64,000 nt of DNA from Bugula neritina (lineage: Eukaryota > Animalia > Bryozoa). A program made the translations under genes and the position numbers. Shown here piece after piece: positions 59,301-64,000 of the stretch. How positions within the stretch are numbered: position 1 is the first letter of the stretch; every line of letters begins with the position of its first letter. The notes under the pieces are model-generated. The model ran no database searches. It was not told the DNA's origin and worked only from the letters and a program-made list of their open reading frames with translations. The stretch lies in NCBI GenBank assembly GCA_964035545.1, contig OZ037765.1, forward strand, positions 16,926,995-16,990,994, written 5' to 3'.

Positions 59301-62300
59301 TTTTGAATTATTGGTCAACGTAGCATGTCTTTGAATCTCAGAATAAGAAGACAACTACCAACAACGATTGCATCTTATAAAAGTGGTTTTACTACTTTTG
59401 CAACTTTCAAGTTGTAGTGATTTAGTGTGATAACATCTCCTACCCTAGTCTTTGCTGTATGGTAATGAACTGTTGGCTGCTGAATCATTTTAGAAGTAGT
59501 TGATGACTTTGTGTTGGTGGGCACGGAGAAGATTGCTGACCAAGATAATCAGGAGACGTCTAGTGTTGCTGACTCGCCTATTGCTATTGGAGCTGCCATG
59601 AATTCTTTCTCTTTGACAGACGATACTTACTGTAGCTCTTCTAATGACCAAATACCTATTTTTCACAATCTTAGAGAATTATACCAGGTATGGGGGAGCA
59701 GTGGCTGTCAGCTGCTACTAGACTTGATAATTCGTTAAGTTGTCTCAGAAAGTAGTTGGTTACTAGTCATTGTCACAGGCTGATTGTAAACTTAAAGCTT
59801 TTTCAGTTAAAACAATTGATATAAAATTTAACCTATAATTATATACAGCTTTGGAAGTCGAAATATATGTAAGGCAACCACTACTTCATCTACTCCTCGT
59901 GATGGTCATGGCTTCAGTTTCTCTCCAAAATTCTGAACTGGTTTAGTCTGTCACAGATCATGACACAATAACCATGATTACAAATAATTATATGCCATCA
60001 GCTGATCATGTTTATATTATGATATATATTTTGTGAATTGACGAATACTATTGCCCTTGCAAAACCTAGAGGTTATAGAGTTATAATTCATATTTAATGT
60101 TAATTAATTGGCCTCTATTGAACTATTGATTTACCGTTTCCTGGTAAGGCAGTAACTAATGTTTTCTGTTGAGGAAAATATGCATAGTCACCTACAAGTT
60201 GTGGATTTGTTGCAGACCATGGGCTACCACTCCTTCCACCAACTTGCTCATCATGTTCTCGTTGGAAACCAAATTATAGTCCAAACAGATTCCCACATGA
60301 TCACCAAATCAATTATAGATTGCTTACAGGTAAAATTTTTACAAATTCCTATTACGCATATACATTATATTATTTTAGTGTTATATATTCTGATAAATAC
60401 CCTTGGTATGCTATAGACAGCATTCACTTCTCGCCGCAACTTCATTTGTAGCATGTACACACTTTACTATAGTGACATATTGCTGTCATTGGAGTTTTTT
60501 TTGTAGGTGTTGTTGCCCAAGGGATGCTGTAGGATCATATATTATAGCGAAACATATGAAGAGTCATGGAAATGTAATTTTCTTGGCCTTTCTAAGTTCT
60601 GCAGTCTACCTAAACATGTGTTAGACTCAGAGCACTACGCACTAGTTAATGTTGATTCACCCGTACCAACAAACAATGTCTTGGAACTTAGTCTAAATCC
60701 CTTTCAAGGTTACAAAGTTCAACTGTTCACCGGACAACCTCCAATGGATAAGGCATCTGGTAAGTTTGGTGGTACGTTATAATATTATGAATGGAATGTC
60801 TTGAAGAATTTAGTTTTATGAGACAGTTTTATTAGAATATTTAATTGAAATTCTTTAGAGTTGAAAATATTGGTTTACAGGGAATGTGTCATCGAATATA
60901 AACTATCCATATTCATATAGGAGTTTTAGAAAGCATTTGATATTTATAAAGTTGTCACGGTACAATACGGTGAAGAAATCATTTCTTTTATTTGATGGTG
61001 TTTTTATTACACTTTAATATGTATGTCACCCTTGCAAAAAAGTCTCTGTACATCAATCATTTATCTGTCTCTTTACACAAACTCTTTATCCTATTTCTTT
61101 GTTTAAACTTTCAGGAAATTCCTATGATTGTAGTTGTTTAAATTTTTGGTTGAGTAAAATTCTTCCAGTCTACAAATTGTTAAACTTCTTCAAATTTCTA
61201 TTTTTGTAGTGACTCTAATTTAATATGAAGTAGTGATCTTTATTTCTGCATCATCACCTATTTCATGCTGAGATGGGTTTATGCTAATTGGTCTTCTTTC
61301 ATGAATATTAATTAAGTTCTATCTTGTTTTATGAATACTATTTTTTTCGTGATTATCATGTAATTCAACAATTGTCTTATAGACATTAAATTTATCTTCA
61401 TAACACATTGAACCAAAGTGGGAATTTTATACTAAAGAGTAAATGATTATCTAACCATGTGGCTGGCACTTTCACATTTAATGCATTTCTCATTAATTGC
61501 TGTCTATAATTTAAATATTTTTTATTGAAACAAAGTGCCTTATACACTTTGATGTACATACATGCTTTTCTTGGGTGTTCTCTTATATTCCCTGTAACTG
61601 GCTTGGTATGTTCTAATTTATTTGACACGAGCCGGTTCATGCCAGTATTTCGGCAACCTTTTAGCTCTGCTATTTTATTCCTTAGACATTTGTGTAGGAA
61701 TAGCCAATTAAATTCATTTTGTTTGAGCCATAATCAATTTCTATAATAATACTACATGTATCTACAATGTTTATCAAAAAGTTTTGAACATAAAATACTA
61801 TAAATGCCTGTGGAAGAACTTTTTATTAAATAAATCTTGCCGCAGGAAAGCAGATTTCTTGAGGTAAAATGCTATGCATAGCAATAAAAACAATTTTGGT
61901 TGATTATTTGTTATGTTTGTAAAAATGAGGTTGTAACAGATGCTCTCTTTAACTGTCCAGCTCCCAAAATCTTAGAGAAAATGGAGAAGGCAGTAGCTAA
62001 CCAGAAACTAAACTGGCTGGTTGTTGAGCAATGTCTTATCTGTATCAAAGAGGAGTGGATGAAGTAAGTAACCCCTAGACTAGCCATGTATTACATAACT
62101 TAGTGTTTGAAAATTTAATACTACTTACACCAACTGCATTTCCAACCTTAAATGGATATTTCACAATCACAACTGTAAGTTTATCTGTATGAACATCCAT
62201 TCGGTATCCATTTGAATAATTCCAAGTCATGGAAACTAAGTGATCTACACATTACCTAAGTGACAAATTAGTGTCAGGTGTTTTCACTCAATAAAAACTC

Positions 62301-63818
62301 AATTACATTAAGTGTTAATATTATGTTCCCAGCTATTCTTAGTTAAATTTCAAATTCCAATTACATAAGATCACCAAAATAAAATATATTTGATTAAAAA
62401 TTGCTTTTTTTCACTGCTATCATGCAATAAGTTATTATTTTAATTTATGCTTGTAAATTCACCATGCCCTTGTGGCTACTGCAAACTGCTAATGTTTGAG
62501 TTGTATACTTGGTACAATTTAAACTAGTTTCAACCTTAGCGTGAGTCACGAGAACTGAATAGTAAGACAACTCTTCTATTAGAAAAAGGATTTCCAGTAG
62601 CATAATAACACCTAATGGTGTAGCTGGTCCAGTGCACTTTTTACTGTCAGTTATTCATTATCAAATTTTCAAAAGATTAAAGTGAAGGTGCTTCTGATAG
62701 GTGTGAAAATATTTTTCATGAATGGTAGTAAATTAAATGAAATTTTATTTTAGTGAAAATTATAAATTATTTTATTTTTGACCAAAACTATGGCAATTGA
62801 ATATTAAAGCTGTAATTTAGGTGATAATTGATAAATAAATTTTTCAGTTAGTTGGTGAAAAACTTCATAATACATACCAATATATAGATGGTATGTGATG
62901 GTTCTGGGTTTTTATTAGAAAAATTCAATAATTTAAATTATACCAACACTTCATATAATGGCAAATTCAACACACTAACTCACTGTTTCCATTTTAATAA
63001 CATTAACCAGTATACAGTCAGGGCTAACTACTTTAAACTGCAAGGTGAATGGCTTGGAACTTAAAATATATTGTAAGTTTTCATCTATAATTCAGCTCTG
63101 AATAGTAAGTTGGTAGAATGTAGTTTGAAAGTGCTATTTATTTGAGACCTGATTTTTCTCATTCTCTATATCTTGTGGACTTTTCATTAAGGTGAAGTTT
63201 ACACATGTGTGTCTGCTTAAAAGGAATGCCCATTGGTAACATATGTTCAACCAGACATTTTAATAACATTATTTGCTGTGAATTTCTTATGACATTTTCC
63301 AATTTGAGAATTTTAAGCTCATGGTTACGTACTGATCCATTGGCATAGTCATTTCTTCCTTCTTTATTGGTACCACCAACATCTCTTTTCACCTTTTACT
63401 ACAAGTTTTGACTTTCCTGGAGTTTAGCTGTGCTATTTATTTAGAGGTCTGCTGGAATTTGTTTATACCAATATTGTCTGGTTTCTGGTTTACTTTATAT
63501 TAATAAATATGACAAATTGTAAAGTGACAAGTTTATTGGGCAATTTATGTCTACTCTGTAGCAACGAGGTAGTTGCAGTAGTAGAGAAATTAAGAAAAAC
63601 CTGGGTAGCAAACGAAGTTATTTCAACACCCCTAACCAAAATTTAATGAAAAAATTAAAAAGCTTAGGCTATCTCAATTTCTCTACTACTGCTCCTAAAT
63701 GATAACAACAGCTGTTTTCATGGTTCTTATTTTGATCCACAGCAAAGTGAAAGTGTTGTTTACCTTTACTAAAGCTGGAGGAAACAGGTCTGAAGAAGAC
63801 ACAAAGAAGCTACTGCAG
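56315..63818 (+). CDS. FLCN: Folliculin (3' end beyond window)
   Basis: [23 protein letters not shown] start; [24 protein letters not shown]; DTKSRG (position of the RagC/D-GAP arginine finger); [14 protein letters not shown]; [11 protein letters not shown]; [18 protein letters not shown]. Exons approx. 56315-56444, 57029-57174, 57297-57443, 57739-57864, 58001-58131, 58498-58723, 59494-59687, 60216-60329, 60507-60759, 61961-62063, 63743-63818. Confidence 0.95.
58360..58458. repeat. Degenerate ACTAC-type pentamer repeat
   Basis: TACACTACTATAGCACTAAACTACAC..CTACACAACTACATTACTACGATACAC; FLCN intron. Confidence 0.6.
63575..63692. mobile_element. Small (118 bp) TIR element in FLCN intron
   Basis: Perfect 17-bp inverted repeat GCAGTAGTAGAGAAATT ... 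AATTTCTCTACTACTGC. Confidence 0.6.
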
Positions 63819-64000
63819 GTTACTATAATACATTTATCTTGCTTTTTTACCAAAACTTCCAATTGCTGATACTATAGTCATGGATCAGCTGATCAACTTT
63901 TTTGGGACACAGAGTCGCTGTCTAGTTGAAATTTTTAGCAAATAAAAGGCTGTTGAAAGCAGGTGAGATACAGCTGTTTGTGATAAAGCATATAGGACTA

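Noticed and set aside
63159-63392. Nested antisense ORF in FLCN intron
   Set aside because: Short, non-ATG start, no recognisable homology or splice context.

Overview
AT-rich, intron-dense animal genomic DNA (invertebrate; a spiralian such as a bryozoan is my guess from composition and gene style, not established). By splicing exons by hand I reconstruct six genes: an insulin receptor substrate (IRS/Chico-like, +), FoxK (-), tektin-4 (+), casein kinase 1 alpha (-), a long CCP110/CP110 (-, about 18 kb) and folliculin (+, runs off the window end). FoxK/TEKT4 and CCP110/FLCN are head-to-head pairs. Introns and intergenic DNA hold two copies of a tRNA-derived SINE, several MITE-like elements, a roughly 430-bp fold-back and mini/microsatellites. 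I found no CRISPR array, intact transposon or bona fide RNA gene, and nothing proves a new biological system. The best leads are degenerate TNATAN hexamer islands beside promoters, about 15 YxxM sites in IRS, a roughly 300-aa insertion in FoxK, RFX+forkhead modules including one inside CCP110, a candidate CK1-alpha micro/poison exon, and an M-box upstream of FLCN. All exon boundaries come from GT-AG sites and phase matching without transcript evidence.
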